A stretch of 57,232 nucleotides of DNA from Kiritimatiellia bacterium (GTDB lineage Bacteria; Verrucomicrobiota; Kiritimatiellia; UBA8416; JABMPJ01), in contig JAOZSS010000003.1 of NCBI GenBank assembly GCA_029939545.1, positions 1-57,232 of the forward strand, given 5' to 3'. Below the pieces are notes generated by a model. The model made no database searches, was not told the DNA's origin, and saw only the letters and a program-made list of their open reading frames with translations. This document shows, piece by piece, positions 27,138-37,443 of the stretch; the first letter of the stretch is position 1; every line of letters starts with the position of its first letter. A program made the position numbers and the translations under genes.

Positions 27138-28208
27138 ATGGCGTTGACGGACATAGCGTGGGACGCGTTCCTCGAACTCGATCCGGTGGAGAAGAGCCGT
27201 CACCTGAACCAGGATGACGGGCGGCCGTTCCATGTGCTGATGACGCGGCAGTTCGATCGCAAGGCTCTCGACACGCTTGGCGAGCTGGCCACACGGATTC
27301 GCTTCCTTGCTAAGACCAAGGAGGGTATGACTTTCCTGGCCGGCCTGCTCCCGCACCGGCGGGCGATGCTCTACTTCACGCAACCCAGCACGCGAACGTT
27401 TCTCTCGTTCTGTTCCGCGTGCGAGATCCTGGGTATGCGTATCGGCAACGTGCGCGATACGGCGACATCCAGTGAGCTCAAAGGGGAAACGAAGGACGAT
27501 TCGGTCCGGACGTTCAGTTCCTACTTCGACTGTGTGGTCATGCGTACGCAGGTGGGCGGATTGGCCGAACGTATGGCCTGGGTGCTGTCGAATTCCGAGC
27601 GGCCGGTTCCGATTATCAACGCCGGCTCGGGCAAGGACCAGCATCCGACCCAGGCGCTGCTGGATATCTACACGCTCCAGCGCAGCTTCGAGGATTGTGG
27701 TGGCATCGATGGCAAGACTGTCGTCTTCGTGGGTGATCTGCTGCGTGGACGTACGGTGCGCTCACTTTCTGCCCTCCTGACGAACTACGAGGGGGTCCAC
27801 CAGGTGTTTATCGCCCCGCCCGAGCTGCAGGTGGCCGACGATGTGCTGGCGATCCTGGATGCGAGCCATGTCACATATGAGCAGGGCGATGACCTCGCGG
27901 CAGCGGTGCCGAAGGCCGATGCCATCTATATGACACGCGTGCAAGATGAGTGGGACACCGAGAAGGGCGCAAGCGCAAAGATCGACATTGAGCGCTACTG
28001 GCTAAAGGAAACCCACCTGGAGCAGCTCAAGCCGGATGCCGTGATCATGCATCCGCTGCCTCGTCGCCACGAAATTCCCCCGTCCATCGACAACGATCCG
28101 CGCGCCGTCTACTGGCGCCAGATGCGGAACGGGATGTGGATTCGGACGGCGCTGCTCGCCACGATCTTTGAATGTGACGGAGATATATATGCGTTTAGCC
28201 AGGCATGA
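27138..28208 (+). CDS. pyrB: aspartate carbamoyltransferase catalytic chain
   Basis: QPSTRTFLSF, KGET, NAGSGKDQHPTQALLD, MTRVQ, MHPLPR motifs collinear with E. coli PyrB. The N-terminus is somewhat extended. Confidence 0.8.
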   Translation: MALTDIAWDAFLELDPVEKSRHLNQDDGRPFHVLMTRQFDRKALDTLGELATRIRFLAKTKEGMTFLAGLLPHRRAMLYFTQPSTRTFLSFCSACEILGMRIGNVRDTATSSELKGETKDDSVRTFSSYFDCVVMRTQVGGLAERMAWVLSNSERPVPIINAGSGKDQHPTQALLDIYTLQRSFEDCGGIDGKTVVFVGDLLRGRTVRSLSALLTNYEGVHQVFIAPPELQVADDVLAILDASHVTYEQGDDLAAAVPKADAIYMTRVQDEWDTEKGASAKIDIERYWLKETHLEQLKPDAVIMHPLPRRHEIPPSIDNDPRAVYWRQMRNGMWIRTALLATIFECDGDIYAFSQA

Positions 28209-29715
28209 GCAGAGCCCTGGGTTCAAGTGTGTGAAGGGTGATGCGACGCGTTCGTCGGGCGAGCCATCTGCGTGCTGGCTCCGACTTCTGTCGGTCCTGC
28301 TCCTGTTCGCCAGCGGCTGCGCATCGGTTCAGCCGCGTGGTGATGTAGATGTCGGGTTCGCCTTCTCGCGCGACACCTCGCCGGACGGTGCGGCCCGCTG
28401 CCGCGCGGCGGGACCGCTGTACGAATCCCAGGATACGGGTACGGGACAGCAGTTCACGGGGATACGGCCCTTCTATAGCCAGACCGTTGATACCGCGCAG
28501 GACCGGCGGCTGCACGAAGTGTTGTGGCCGGTCGCATCGGTGAAACATTTCAAAGGGGAGACGGATTGGCATTTCCTTCTGGCCTATGGCCATGACTTCG
28601 ACAACGAGGATGAGGCATCGCGCTACCGGGCCATGATCTTTCCTTTGGTCTACTGGGGGCGGGACAAGGAGAACGAATCGTACTTCAGCATTTTTCCTCT
28701 GGGGGGGACCCTGAACGAGTTCGTGGGGCGGGACCGGATCATCTTCGCGCTGTTCCCGCTCTACGCCTACAGCTATGTCGGAAATACCGAGACATGGGAC
28801 TATCTTTGGCCGATCGTGTCACGCACCAAGGGCGATGATGTCTCCCGTTTCCGCGTGTGGCCGCTCTATGGCAAGTCGGTCAGCGACAACAAGTGGACCA
28901 AGCAGTTCGTGCTCTGGCCGATTTGGAACCATGCGCGCTACTACTATCCGGGACACGAAGGGACCTCCTATATCCTTTTTCCTCTCTTCGGGCGGACCCA
29001 CACCAAGGATCAGAAAGGATGGATGGTGGTGCCACCTTTCTTTCGCTGGGCCAAGAGTGAGAAGCGTACGATGTTGAACTGCCCCTGGCCTTTCATCCAG
29101 TACGCCAGCGGCGACCAGGAAAAGCTATATATATGGCCACTGTGGGGGCGCCGCGACTACCAGGGCATTCGCTCATCGTTCCTGCTTTGGCCGTTTGTGC
29201 GCACCTCCCACGTGGAACGCAGCCATGAGACGCGTGATCGATTGGCCATATTCCCCTTCATCCATCATGAGCGCGTCAGCGCTGCCCGTGTGACCGAGAC
29301 CGGTGAGCAGACGGATAAGGCGGCCAATGTCAAGGCGCGCGCGCGCTACTTCAAATTGTGGCCGCTGCTGTCGTATCGGCGCGAAGGCGATGTCTCACGT
29401 TTCCGCCTGTTGGCCGTGTGGCCCGAGATGCAGACGCCGCAGATTGAGCGTAATTGGGCGCCTCTCTGGACGCTTTACTCCCGAGTGGCAACCCCTGAGC
29501 AGCTCGAACACGAGTTGCTGTGGGGACTCTTTCGCTATCGGCGTGAGGGCACGGAGTCGAGACATGTCTCGATCTTCCCGCTCTTCTCCACCAGTCGTTG
29601 CGATGCTGATGCACGTCGGCGACGCTGGTCTATCCTGTTGGGGTTGCTGGGGCATGAGCAGGAGGATGATCGCTCGACATGGCGCGTCCTCTGGTTTTTG
29701 AAGTTCGGAGGTTGA
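28189..29715 (+). CDS. repeat-rich putative lipoprotein of unknown family
   Basis: Lipobox-like LLLFASGC. About 18 degenerate repeats of 20-25 aa built on [LIV][WF]P[LFI] (LWPVASV, IFPLVYW, IFPLGGT, LFPLYAY, LWPIVSR, VWPLYGK, LWPIWNH, LFPLFGR, IWPLWGR, LWPFVRT, IFPFIHH, LWPLLSY, IFPLFST). The start is uncertain (28168 or 28189). Confidence 0.6.
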   Translation: MRLARHEQSPGFKCVKGDATRSSGEPSACWLRLLSVLLLFASGCASVQPRGDVDVGFAFSRDTSPDGAARCRAAGPLYESQDTGTGQQFTGIRPFYSQTVDTAQDRRLHEVLWPVASVKHFKGETDWHFLLAYGHDFDNEDEASRYRAMIFPLVYWGRDKENESYFSIFPLGGTLNEFVGRDRIIFALFPLYAYSYVGNTETWDYLWPIVSRTKGDDVSRFRVWPLYGKSVSDNKWTKQFVLWPIWNHARYYYPGHEGTSYILFPLFGRTHTKDQKGWMVVPPFFRWAKSEKRTMLNCPWPFIQYASGDQEKLYIWPLWGRRDYQGIRSSFLLWPFVRTSHVERSHETRDRLAIFPFIHHERVSAARVTETGEQTDKAANVKARARYFKLWPLLSYRREGDVSRFRLLAVWPEMQTPQIERNWAPLWTLYSRVATPEQLEHELLWGLFRYRREGTESRHVSIFPLFSTSRCDADARRRRWSILLGLLGHEQEDDRSTWRVLWFLKFGG

Positions 29716-29756
29716 CAGCGTAGGCGTCTCGGTGGGACGCTCATCCCGAGTATCGT

Positions 29757-30569
29757 ATGGTAACACGTGAACCAGAGTATTTTCCGCCAGCGGAGAACTT
29801 TGTGGCCCAGTTGGGCCGCCATGTTATCTTTTTCTGTCGTGCGGTGGGGCAGGGCGGACTCCTCTTCCTGCAGGCTGTCCTTGCGATGCGCTTTGCCCTG
29901 ACCAAGCGCGCCCGGCAGGAGATCATCGTGCAGATGTTCGTCTCCGGTATCAAGAGCCTCGGGGTCATCACCGTGGTGGCCCTGTTCACGGGTATGATCT
30001 TGGCTTTGCAGACCGGTATTGAGCTGAGCAAGTTCAACCAGGAGGTCAACATCGGAACGGCGGTGATGGTGTCGATGCTCCGCGAAATGGGACCTTTCAT
30101 GACCGGCCTGATCCTGGCGGCGTGTGTCGGATCGGCCATGGCTGCGCAACTCGGAACGATGGTGGTGTCCGAAGAGATCGCTGCGCTTGAGATCATGTCG
30201 ATTGATCCGGTGCGCTTCCTCGTCATGCCGCGTCTGGTGGCGATGAGCATCATGACGCCCCTCCTGGCCTTTTATACCTGCATCATCGGCGTGATCGGTG
30301 GCGGTATCGTGGGTGCCTCCCAGCTTGGCGTGTCGTGGGTATCGTACATCGACAACGCCACACGTTTCGCCGGCGCGAAAGACCTGTATGTGGGTCTGTT
30401 CAAGGCGCTCCTGTTTGGCGTGGTCATTACCATTCTTTCCTGTCACGAAGGGTTTGCGACGACACAGGGTGCTGTCGGGGTCGGTTACGCCACCCGCAAG
30501 GCGGTGCTCGTGTCGTTTCTGCATGTTCTGATCCTCGGCTATTTCGTCACGCGGTTGTTCTACGTTTAG
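29757..30569 (+). CDS. mlaE: MlaE-family ABC transporter permease
   Basis: 270 aa multi-TM protein. Conserved MlaE/Ttg2B pattern (EMGPFMTGLILAA..GSAMAAQLGTM.V.EEI.ALE.M). Confidence 0.85.
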   Translation: MVTREPEYFPPAENFVAQLGRHVIFFCRAVGQGGLLFLQAVLAMRFALTKRARQEIIVQMFVSGIKSLGVITVVALFTGMILALQTGIELSKFNQEVNIGTAVMVSMLREMGPFMTGLILAACVGSAMAAQLGTMVVSEEIAALEIMSIDPVRFLVMPRLVAMSIMTPLLAFYTCIIGVIGGGIVGASQLGVSWVSYIDNATRFAGAKDLYVGLFKALLFGVVITILSCHEGFATTQGAVGVGYATRKAVLVSFLHVLILGYFVTRLFYV

Positions 30570-30622
30570 AGAGTTCTGCTTGCCCTCCATAGCTCGAAGA
30601 GCGACGGAGGGAGTTGTGAATT

Positions 30623-31384
30623 ATGATTCGGTTTGAGAAAGTAACGAAGGTGTTGGGCGGGAAGCCGGTGCTAGATGGCATCGACTTCGAGATCAACCGT
30701 GGTGAGACCTTCTGCATTGTGGGTGCGTCCGGAGCGGGCAAGAGTGTGACGCTTAAACATATGGTCCGACTCATGACGCCTGATGATGGCCGCATCCTCG
30801 TTGCAGGCGATGACGTCGGCTCTGCTACGGGAGCAGATCTTGCACGGGTTAGAAATCGTTTCGGCTACCTATTCCAAAGCGCGGCCCTGTTGGCATGGCT
30901 GTCTGTGGCCGAGAATGTGGCGCTACCTCTGCGCGAAAAGCATGACGTCGACGAGGACGAGATTCTTGACCGTGTGCACAAGACGCTAGCCATGGTTGGC
31001 CTGGAGAACGATGGCGCGAAAGTGCCGTCCGAGATCTCGGGCGGCATGCGCAAGCGCGCCGGACTGGCGCGTGCCATTATCGAGAGCCCCGAGATCATCT
31101 TGTACGATGAGCCGACGTCTGGACTCGACCCCGTGACCTCGCGCACGATCGACCGGTTGATCGGTAAGCTTCGGGAAGACCTGGGCGTTACCAGCGTGGT
31201 GGTGACCCATGATCTGCACAGTGCCCTGGCGATTGGCACGCGAATCGCTATGCTGAACCGGGGTCGCATAGCCGAGATAGCAACACCTGAAGCCTTTATG
31301 GAATCTTCGAGCGAAGAAGTGCAGCGTTTCCTGGCCGCTCAGTATATCACGAAGGAAGCGCCGTGGGAAAGGGACCAGCAATGA
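30623..31384 (+). CDS. mlaF: ABC transporter ATP-binding protein (MlaF-like)
   Basis: Walker A GASGAGKS, signature SGGMRKR, Walker B ILYDEPTSGLD. Confidence 0.9.
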   Translation: MIRFEKVTKVLGGKPVLDGIDFEINRGETFCIVGASGAGKSVTLKHMVRLMTPDDGRILVAGDDVGSATGADLARVRNRFGYLFQSAALLAWLSVAENVALPLREKHDVDEDEILDRVHKTLAMVGLENDGAKVPSEISGGMRKRAGLARAIIESPEIILYDEPTSGLDPVTSRTIDRLIGKLREDLGVTSVVVTHDLHSALAIGTRIAMLNRGRIAEIATPEAFMESSSEEVQRFLAAQYITKEAPWERDQQ

Positions 31385-32277
31385 GAAAAGACTGTGTAGC
31401 ACGCGAGTTGACCCGGGAGATGATTGTCGGTGCCTTTATGGTCATGATCTTCCTCGGGATGGGATATTTTACCATCATCCTTTCCCGTGAGACATGGTTC
31501 TCCCGGAAGCAGCACATGGACGTGATGTTCAAGAACGTGATGGGCTTGCGCGAAGGCAACAACGTGGTGGTGCGCGGCATGCCGGTCGGCAAGATCGACA
31601 GCCTCGTGCTTGAGGGCCCCTGGGTCCGGCTCCGCCTGGTGTTGGATGACGGGCTGGAAATGAAGAAGGACTACGAAATTCGGATTGTGGCCACCTCGAT
31701 CCTTGGCGGACGCTACCTGGAGATCAGGGAGGGGTCCGAATCTCTGCCGACGCTTCCGTTGACGAGCCGCTTTGTGGGGCACGAACCCTATGACCTGATG
31801 GCTGATGCGGCGGCGGTCATTAACAAGGCGCGCACAGAGCTTGTTGAGGGTGGTGCCATCGACAACTTCAAGAGGGTGTTGGAACAGATTAGCGCTGTTA
31901 TCGCAAGGGTCGAGGCGGGTGAGGGCTCGCTAGGCAAGCTGTTGTCCAAGGATGCGACGCTCTACAATGACGTGGCCGGGACCGTGGAGGCGCTGCGCGA
32001 TGTGGTGGAGGGCTTACAGCGCGGGGAAGGAACGCTGGGACGCCTCATGTCGGAAGACGATCAGCTCTACAACGATCTTGCCGCCATCGTGGCCTCGCTC
32101 AAAGAGGTAACGGCCAAGATCGAGAGGGGCGAGGGCTCGTTGGGCAAGCTTATCTCTGACGACGGGGTATATGTTGAGGTAGAGGAGATGATGAAGGATG
32201 TGCGGGCGACCCTCGATGACTACCGCGAAACGGCGCCGATCGTAACGTTCACCAGCATCTTCTTTGGTGCGTTCTAG
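31381..32277 (+). CDS. mlaD: MlaD/MCE domain protein
   Basis: ATGA overlap with the mlaF stop. N-terminal TM, MCE core (GNNVVVRGMPVGKI), repeated coiled segments (EGSLGKLLS / EGTLGRLMS / EGSLGKLIS). Confidence 0.8.
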   Translation: MRKDCVARELTREMIVGAFMVMIFLGMGYFTIILSRETWFSRKQHMDVMFKNVMGLREGNNVVVRGMPVGKIDSLVLEGPWVRLRLVLDDGLEMKKDYEIRIVATSILGGRYLEIREGSESLPTLPLTSRFVGHEPYDLMADAAAVINKARTELVEGGAIDNFKRVLEQISAVIARVEAGEGSLGKLLSKDATLYNDVAGTVEALRDVVEGLQRGEGTLGRLMSEDDQLYNDLAAIVASLKEVTAKIERGEGSLGKLISDDGVYVEVEEMMKDVRATLDDYRETAPIVTFTSIFFGAF

Positions 32278-32313
32278 CCACATTCGCGAGCCGCCGGGGC
32301 GGCGCGCGTCAGG

Positions 32314-33804
32314 CTAGCTCCGATAGTTCGGCGCTTCCTTCATGATCTTCACGTCATGTGGATGCGACTCGCTGAGTCCGGCCATACTGATGCGTACGAA
32401 CTCACCCCCGGTCTGCAGTTCATCGACGGACTTGCACCCGCAGTAGCCCATCGAGGAGCGGAGTCCGCCGCAGAATTGGGTCATCACTTTCTCAACCGTA
32501 CCTGCGTAGGGGACGATGCCTTCAATGCCCTGCGGCACCAGCTCGTCGTCGCGGGTCTGTGCCTGGCTGTAGCGCTCGCGGCTGCCCAGCGATTCGCGCA
32601 TCGCCGCGAGGCTTCCCATGCCGCGGTAGACCACGTACTGGCGGCCCTGGTGGAGAATCTTCTCGCCCGGACTCTCTTGCGTACCGGCCAGGATGGAGCC
32701 GAGCATGACCGTTTCGGCACCGGCCACGATGGCCTTAGGCACATCGCCGGAGTGGCGGATGCCGCCATCGGCGATAACCGGGATGCTACCCTCGAGTGCG
32801 GTCGCGCAGTGGTAGACCGCCGAAATCTGCGGAACCCCAACGCCGCACACCACGCGAGTCGTGCAGATGGAGCCGGGGCCGATGCCGACCTTTATGGCAT
32901 GGGCACCTGCGTCGCGAAGCGCCACGGCCCCGGCGGCGGTGCCCACGTTACCGGCAATGACGTCGATGTCCGGGAACGTCTTGGTCAGCCAGCGCACCAT
33001 GTCGATGATGCCGCTTGAGTGACCGTGTGCGCTGTCGATCACGATGATGTCGACATGTGCGTTGGCCAGCAACTCGGCGCGTTCGTAGTTGCCGCCACTG
33101 ACAGCCGCCGCGACACGCAGCCGGTACTCATCATCGCGGTTATACATCGGCTGCACGTCTTCAACGAGGTTCTTGACGTCGGAGAAGGCATAGAGCCCAA
33201 CCAGCTTACCCTTGTCCAGCAGGGGAAGCTTGCCGAGTTTATTCTTCATCATAATGTCATAGGCTTCCTGGAGCGTTGTGCCCGGGGCCGCCGAAACAAC
33301 ATCAGACGTCATGACTGAATCGATACGGGCGTCGGTGTCGCGTGCGAATTTCGTGTCCTTGGATGTCAGGATGCCGGCTAACGTGTCGTCGGCGTTAAGG
33401 ATTGGGAACCCGCTGAAGCCGTACCCGTGTTCGCGCCGTGTCGCGCGTACCTTATCAAGCGTATCGGATACCCGAAAGACGACCGGGTCGATAATCAGAC
33501 CGTGCAGGTGGCGTTTAACCATGTCGACCTGCTCGGCCTGGGTCTCGGCTGGCAGGTTCTTGTGGATGACCCCTATACCGCCGAGCATCGCCATGGCGAT
33601 GGCCATGCGGGATTCGGTTACCGTATCCATGGCCGCACTGACAAAGGGAATATTAGCGCTGATACGCGAGGTCAGGCGTGTTTGAATCGATGCGTCGTCG
33701 GGCAGAAAATCAGCGTAACGTGTGACAAGCGCCACGTCGTCAAAAGTCAGTCCCTCGAAGGGGAATTGGGCGATAAAAGAATTGAGATGTCTATTCCTGC
33801 TCAT
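32314..33804 (-). CDS. guaB: IMP dehydrogenase
   Basis: [14 protein letters not shown] pair, catalytic loop [11 protein letters not shown]. Start moved to MSRNRHL. Confidence 0.95.
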   Translation of the reverse strand: MSRNRHLNSFIAQFPFEGLTFDDVALVTRYADFLPDDASIQTRLTSRISANIPFVSAAMDTVTESRMAIAMAMLGGIGVIHKNLPAETQAEQVDMVKRHLHGLIIDPVVFRVSDTLDKVRATRREHGYGFSGFPILNADDTLAGILTSKDTKFARDTDARIDSVMTSDVVSAAPGTTLQEAYDIMMKNKLGKLPLLDKGKLVGLYAFSDVKNLVEDVQPMYNRDDEYRLRVAAAVSGGNYERAELLANAHVDIIVIDSAHGHSSGIIDMVRWLTKTFPDIDVIAGNVGTAAGAVALRDAGAHAIKVGIGPGSICTTRVVCGVGVPQISAVYHCATALEGSIPVIADGGIRHSGDVPKAIVAGAETVMLGSILAGTQESPGEKILHQGRQYVVYRGMGSLAAMRESLGSRERYSQAQTRDDELVPQGIEGIVPYAGTVEKVMTQFCGGLRSSMGYCGCKSVDELQTGGEFVRISMAGLSESHPHDVKIMKEAPNYRS

Positions 33805-33934
33805 GGGGCAACCTCCGTCCGCAAGCCGTCCGCGACAACGCGGCCTGACCTCGGCTGTTGCCCCCAATCATTTATCGTGCTTCTGGGGATTTGGCAAGGG
33901 CAAAGACAGGAAAACCGGGATCATGGCGGCACCA

Positions 33935-35080
33935 TTAGCCGAGAATCACATCCTCGAGTCGCCGTGGAACCCGGGTCAGGCATTCATGGCCGTGCGGCGT
34001 AACGCGGACATCGTCCTCGATGCGAATGCCGCCCAGGCCTTTGAGGTAGATGCCGGGCTCCACTGTGATCAGCATGTTGGACCGCAGGCGGACAGGCTTG
34101 TCTGGCGGCTTGGTCCCCATTCCCATGCGCGGTAGTTCGTGAATATTGAGGCCAATACCATGCCCTAGACCGTGGCGGATGTTGTCGGAATACCCACCAT
34201 TGCGGATGACATCCCATGCCCGCCGGGCGACCGAATGCGTGGCTACGCCGGGCCGAATGGCCGCAATGCCCTCACGGTTGGCGCGAAGAACCAGATCATA
34301 GATCTCGGCAAGCTTGGGACGGGGAGAGCCTACAAAGAGGACGCGTGTGATATCGCTCCGGTAGCCATCCAACTCGGCTCCCCAGTCAAACAGGAGCGGC
34401 TCGCCGCGGCGGACTTTTCGATTCGTTGGCGTGTGATGACAACTGGCACTGTTGGCACCGCTGGCGACAATGATGCCACTGTCAGGGAACGCTTGCTTGT
34501 CGGCCCCAAGCTGGCGCATGCGGTACTCGAGCTCCGCCGCCAGGCGTTTCTCACTATGACCGAGAAAGGTGTGTATGCCTTCGTCGAGTATGGAGCGGAA
34601 GGCCTTCTCGGCCATGCGCACGCACTTTCGTGTAAGGCGGATCTCAAGCTCGTCTTTAACGGAACGGCATACCGTCATCGCGTTACCGATATCGACCTGG
34701 CGGCGGCGCCCCATCGCGTCGGCAAACTGCTTGTGTCGCTGCCAGCTCATCTGGGCGCCCTGGAACCCGACAGCACCCCGGTGTTTCATGCGGTGCATGG
34801 CGTTGTGGGCCTGTTCAAAAAGAGGGACGTGTGGAATCGTGATATCGACACCAGGTGCCTGCGTCCGGATGCACTCCACGAACATCTTGTTGGTGTAGAG
34901 CCGGGCCCAGTCGTTGCCGATAAGCAGGGCGGATGCCCCCTCGGTGCATCCGGTCAGGTAGCGGATATCGACGGGGTCCGTGATGAGGAGCACGTCAACC
35001 CCGTGTTGCGCCTGGGCGTACTGAACGGCAGCACGGCGTCGGCGACAGTGGTCGTCGGCAGAAAAGAGGGGTTTGCTCAT
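33935..35080 (-). CDS. M24-family Xaa-Pro aminopeptidase
   Basis: HGLGHGIGLNIHE, EPGIY, IRIEDDV metal-ligand motifs. Start moved to MSKPLFSADD. Confidence 0.85.
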   Translation of the reverse strand: MSKPLFSADDHCRRRRAAVQYAQAQHGVDVLLITDPVDIRYLTGCTEGASALLIGNDWARLYTNKMFVECIRTQAPGVDITIPHVPLFEQAHNAMHRMKHRGAVGFQGAQMSWQRHKQFADAMGRRRQVDIGNAMTVCRSVKDELEIRLTRKCVRMAEKAFRSILDEGIHTFLGHSEKRLAAELEYRMRQLGADKQAFPDSGIIVASGANSASCHHTPTNRKVRRGEPLLFDWGAELDGYRSDITRVLFVGSPRPKLAEIYDLVLRANREGIAAIRPGVATHSVARRAWDVIRNGGYSDNIRHGLGHGIGLNIHELPRMGMGTKPPDKPVRLRSNMLITVEPGIYLKGLGGIRIEDDVRVTPHGHECLTRVPRRLEDVILG

Positions 35081-35096
35081 AGCGCCATCCTTTGTT

Positions 35097-35609
35097 CTAT
35101 AGGGGTTCCGCGCCCCCCAGCGCGGCATGCTTTCCGGAGCTGTGGATGTGGCAGATGGCCAGGGCGAGTGCATCACTGGCATCCTCGGGCGGCGTTTCAT
35201 CCAGGTTGAGCAGCGTGACGACCATCTTCTGTACCTGCGGCTTCTGCGCACCGCCGAAACCAACGATGGCCTGCTTAACCCGCCGCGGGGCATACTCGTA
35301 CAGCTTCAGTCCCGCGCGAGTGCAGGCCGAGATGGCAGTCCCGCGTGCCTCCCCCAGGACCATGGCGGTGCGGGCGTTCTTGAAATAGAAGGCACCTTCA
35401 ATGGCTACCGCATCCGGCTGGGTGTCGCGAATGATGTCCTGCAGGCCCTCATCGAGCCGCAGCAGGCACTGCGAGAGCGGGACCTTGGGTTTGGTGCGTA
35501 TGACGGCGTAGGCGACGAGTTTGAGTTTGCTGCCGCTGGCCTCCACGACACCGACCCCGGTTGCCCGCAACGCGGTGTCGATCCCGAGGATGCGGGTACT
35601 ACTCGTCAT
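35097..35609 (-). CDS. ruvC: crossover junction endodeoxyribonuclease RuvC
   Basis: ILGIDTALRATGVGVVE N-terminus. 170 aa. Conserved acidic residues. Confidence 0.9.
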   Translation of the reverse strand: MTSSTRILGIDTALRATGVGVVEASGSKLKLVAYAVIRTKPKVPLSQCLLRLDEGLQDIIRDTQPDAVAIEGAFYFKNARTAMVLGEARGTAISACTRAGLKLYEYAPRRVKQAIVGFGGAQKPQVQKMVVTLLNLDETPPEDASDALALAICHIHSSGKHAALGGAEPL

Positions 35610-36354
35610 TCAGTTCCTGCATGATCGCGTCGTCGACATCCATGTTTGTGTACACGTTCTGGACGTCTTCATTATCCTCGAGGGCGTCAATGAAACGCAT
35701 GATCGACGCGGCGGTAGACTTCTCGGTCACCGGAACGAGCGTGTCGCTCACGAGCGATACATCGGCGCTGAGCGTCGCGATACCGGCGGCTTCAAGTGCC
35801 TCGGTTACATCGGCAAACGTGGTGGGATCGGTCACGACCTCGAACTGCCCGCCATCGCGCTTCATGTCTTCGGCCCCGGCCTCAAGAACGACACCCATCA
35901 ACTCGTCCTCGTCTACGCCTTCGGCGTCGATGAAGATCTGGCCCCTGCGCTGGAATCCACGCGATACCGATCCCTGCTGGGCAAAGCTGGACCCATGCTT
36001 GGAGAAAGTATGGCGAATCTCGGCCGCGGCGCGGTTCTTGTTGTCGGTCAGGCCTTGCACAATCAGCCCCACACCGCCGCCGGCGTATCCTTCGTAGACG
36101 ACCTCCTCGAAAACGGCCCCTTCCAGCTCTCCGGCACCTTTCTTGATGGCGCGATCGACATTGTCAGCCGGCATATTGACGCTCTTGGCCTTCTGAATGA
36201 GGGTGCGCAGCGTGGGGTTCATGTTCGGGTCGCTGCCGCCCTGGCGCGCCACGACCATCAACTCCTTGGCTATCTTGCTGAATATCTTGCCGCGCTTCGC
36301 ATCCGCAGCGCCCTTCTTATGCTTAATCGTTGCCCACTTGCTATGTCCACTCAT
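35599..36354 (-). CDS. yebC: YebC/PmpR-family DNA-binding regulator
   Basis: MSGHSKWATIKHKKGAADAKRGKIFSK canonical N-terminus. 251 aa. Confidence 0.95.
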   Translation of the reverse strand: MSGHSKWATIKHKKGAADAKRGKIFSKIAKELMVVARQGGSDPNMNPTLRTLIQKAKSVNMPADNVDRAIKKGAGELEGAVFEEVVYEGYAGGGVGLIVQGLTDNKNRAAAEIRHTFSKHGSSFAQQGSVSRGFQRRGQIFIDAEGVDEDELMGVVLEAGAEDMKRDGGQFEVVTDPTTFADVTEALEAAGIATLSADVSLVSDTLVPVTEKSTAASIMRFIDALEDNEDVQNVYTNMDVDDAIMQELNDE

Positions 36355-36417
36355 GGTCTGTCCCTTTCTTGCCCCTCTATGCTCAAAAGTCTGTTCCTGC
36401 CTCTGTATTCACAGGTG

Positions 36418-36496
36418 TCAGGAGTCAGAGATCAGAGGCACGTTGTAGCCCGCGGCTGTTCCGTGTGCAGCTCTTAGCTGCCTCTCTGACTCCTGA
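36418..36496. repeat. 18-bp-stem inverted repeat between the radical-SAM gene and yebC
   Basis: TCAGGAGTCAGAGA(TCA)GAGGCA versus the reverse complement of TGCCTCTCTGACTCCTGA; about 38-nt loop. No U-tract follows. Confidence 0.5.
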
Positions 36497-36503
36497 TCCC
36501 TGT

Positions 36504-37424
36504 CTATATACCTGATCCCGGCGGCATCGTAAATCCGATTAATTCGTCCGGAGCGTCGCCCGCGTACTCCTGCATCCACCCGATATCGAAATCAAGAGTG
36601 CCCACAACGTCGGCCACGCGGTCATACTCGGCGCGGGAGATGTGCCGGTTCCATCCGGCCACGGCGGGCGCCCGAAAAGCGGGGGTGTACTGTGACATCA
36701 CGCTAATGGCGACGCCGGGGCCGATCGTGTCGGACAGCCAGCGCAGGTTATCGATGGTCTCATCGGCCCGGCCGGGCAAGATCAGCAGGCGGCAGATCGT
36801 ACCCCGGGTGGCGACGCCGTCGGTGCCGAGCTGGAGCGGACCCTTTTGCCGCCACATCTCGAGGATGGTGTCACGCGCAATGGATGCATAGTCGGCACGA
36901 CCGGACCCCGCTTCGGCAGATGTCTCGCAGGCGTAGCGCAGGTCGGTCAGGTAGATATCGACCGTATCTTCCACTGCGGCCAGCGTCGCAGGGCTTTCGA
37001 ATCCGCTCGTGTTGTACACCACCGGCAGACGAATGCCTTCTGCCTGCAGGCGGGTCAGGGCCTGTTGCACCTGCGGGATCCACGGGGTGGGACTGACCAG
37101 GTTCCAGTTGTGACAGCCTGCCGCGTGCAGCTCCCGAAAGAGTGCTGCAAACGCATCGGCGGCGTAGGTCGCGCCGTCGCCCTGCTGGCTCCACGGGTAG
37201 TTCTGGCAGTAGAGACAGCACAGCGTACAGCGGCTGAAGAAGATAGTACCGGACCCGCCTGTGGTGCCGGACAGCGGCGGTTCCTCACCGTGGTGAGGTC
37301 CGTAGCGAAAGACCTCGACCTCAGATCCCGCCCGACAGAATCCAAGCTGTCCGGCTGCCCTGTCCACACCACAGCGGCGTGGGCATAGCTCGCAGGATTG
37401 CAGCCCACATTCCGCGTTCCGCAT
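36504..37424 (-). CDS. radical SAM protein (PflA-like activase family)
   Basis: CxxxCxxC: CTLCCLYCQN. N-terminal CELCPRRCGVDR...GFC cluster. Start moved to MRNAECG. Confidence 0.75.
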   Translation of the reverse strand: MRNAECGLQSCELCPRRCGVDRAAGQLGFCRAGSEVEVFRYGPHHGEEPPLSGTTGGSGTIFFSRCTLCCLYCQNYPWSQQGDGATYAADAFAALFRELHAAGCHNWNLVSPTPWIPQVQQALTRLQAEGIRLPVVYNTSGFESPATLAAVEDTVDIYLTDLRYACETSAEAGSGRADYASIARDTILEMWRQKGPLQLGTDGVATRGTICRLLILPGRADETIDNLRWLSDTIGPGVAISVMSQYTPAFRAPAVAGWNRHISRAEYDRVADVVGTLDFDIGWMQEYAGDAPDELIGFTMPPGSGI

Positions 37425-37443
37425 TCCGCATTCCGAAATGGGG

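Noticed and set aside
37385-37440. Tandem CATTCCG repeats (cgcgttccgcattccgcattccg) as a microsatellite or phase-variation tract
   Set aside because: Only about 3 imperfect copies lie at the extreme 5' end or upstream of the radical-SAM gene. The 7-nt unit would shift the frame, but I see no evidence that it lies within the true coding region.
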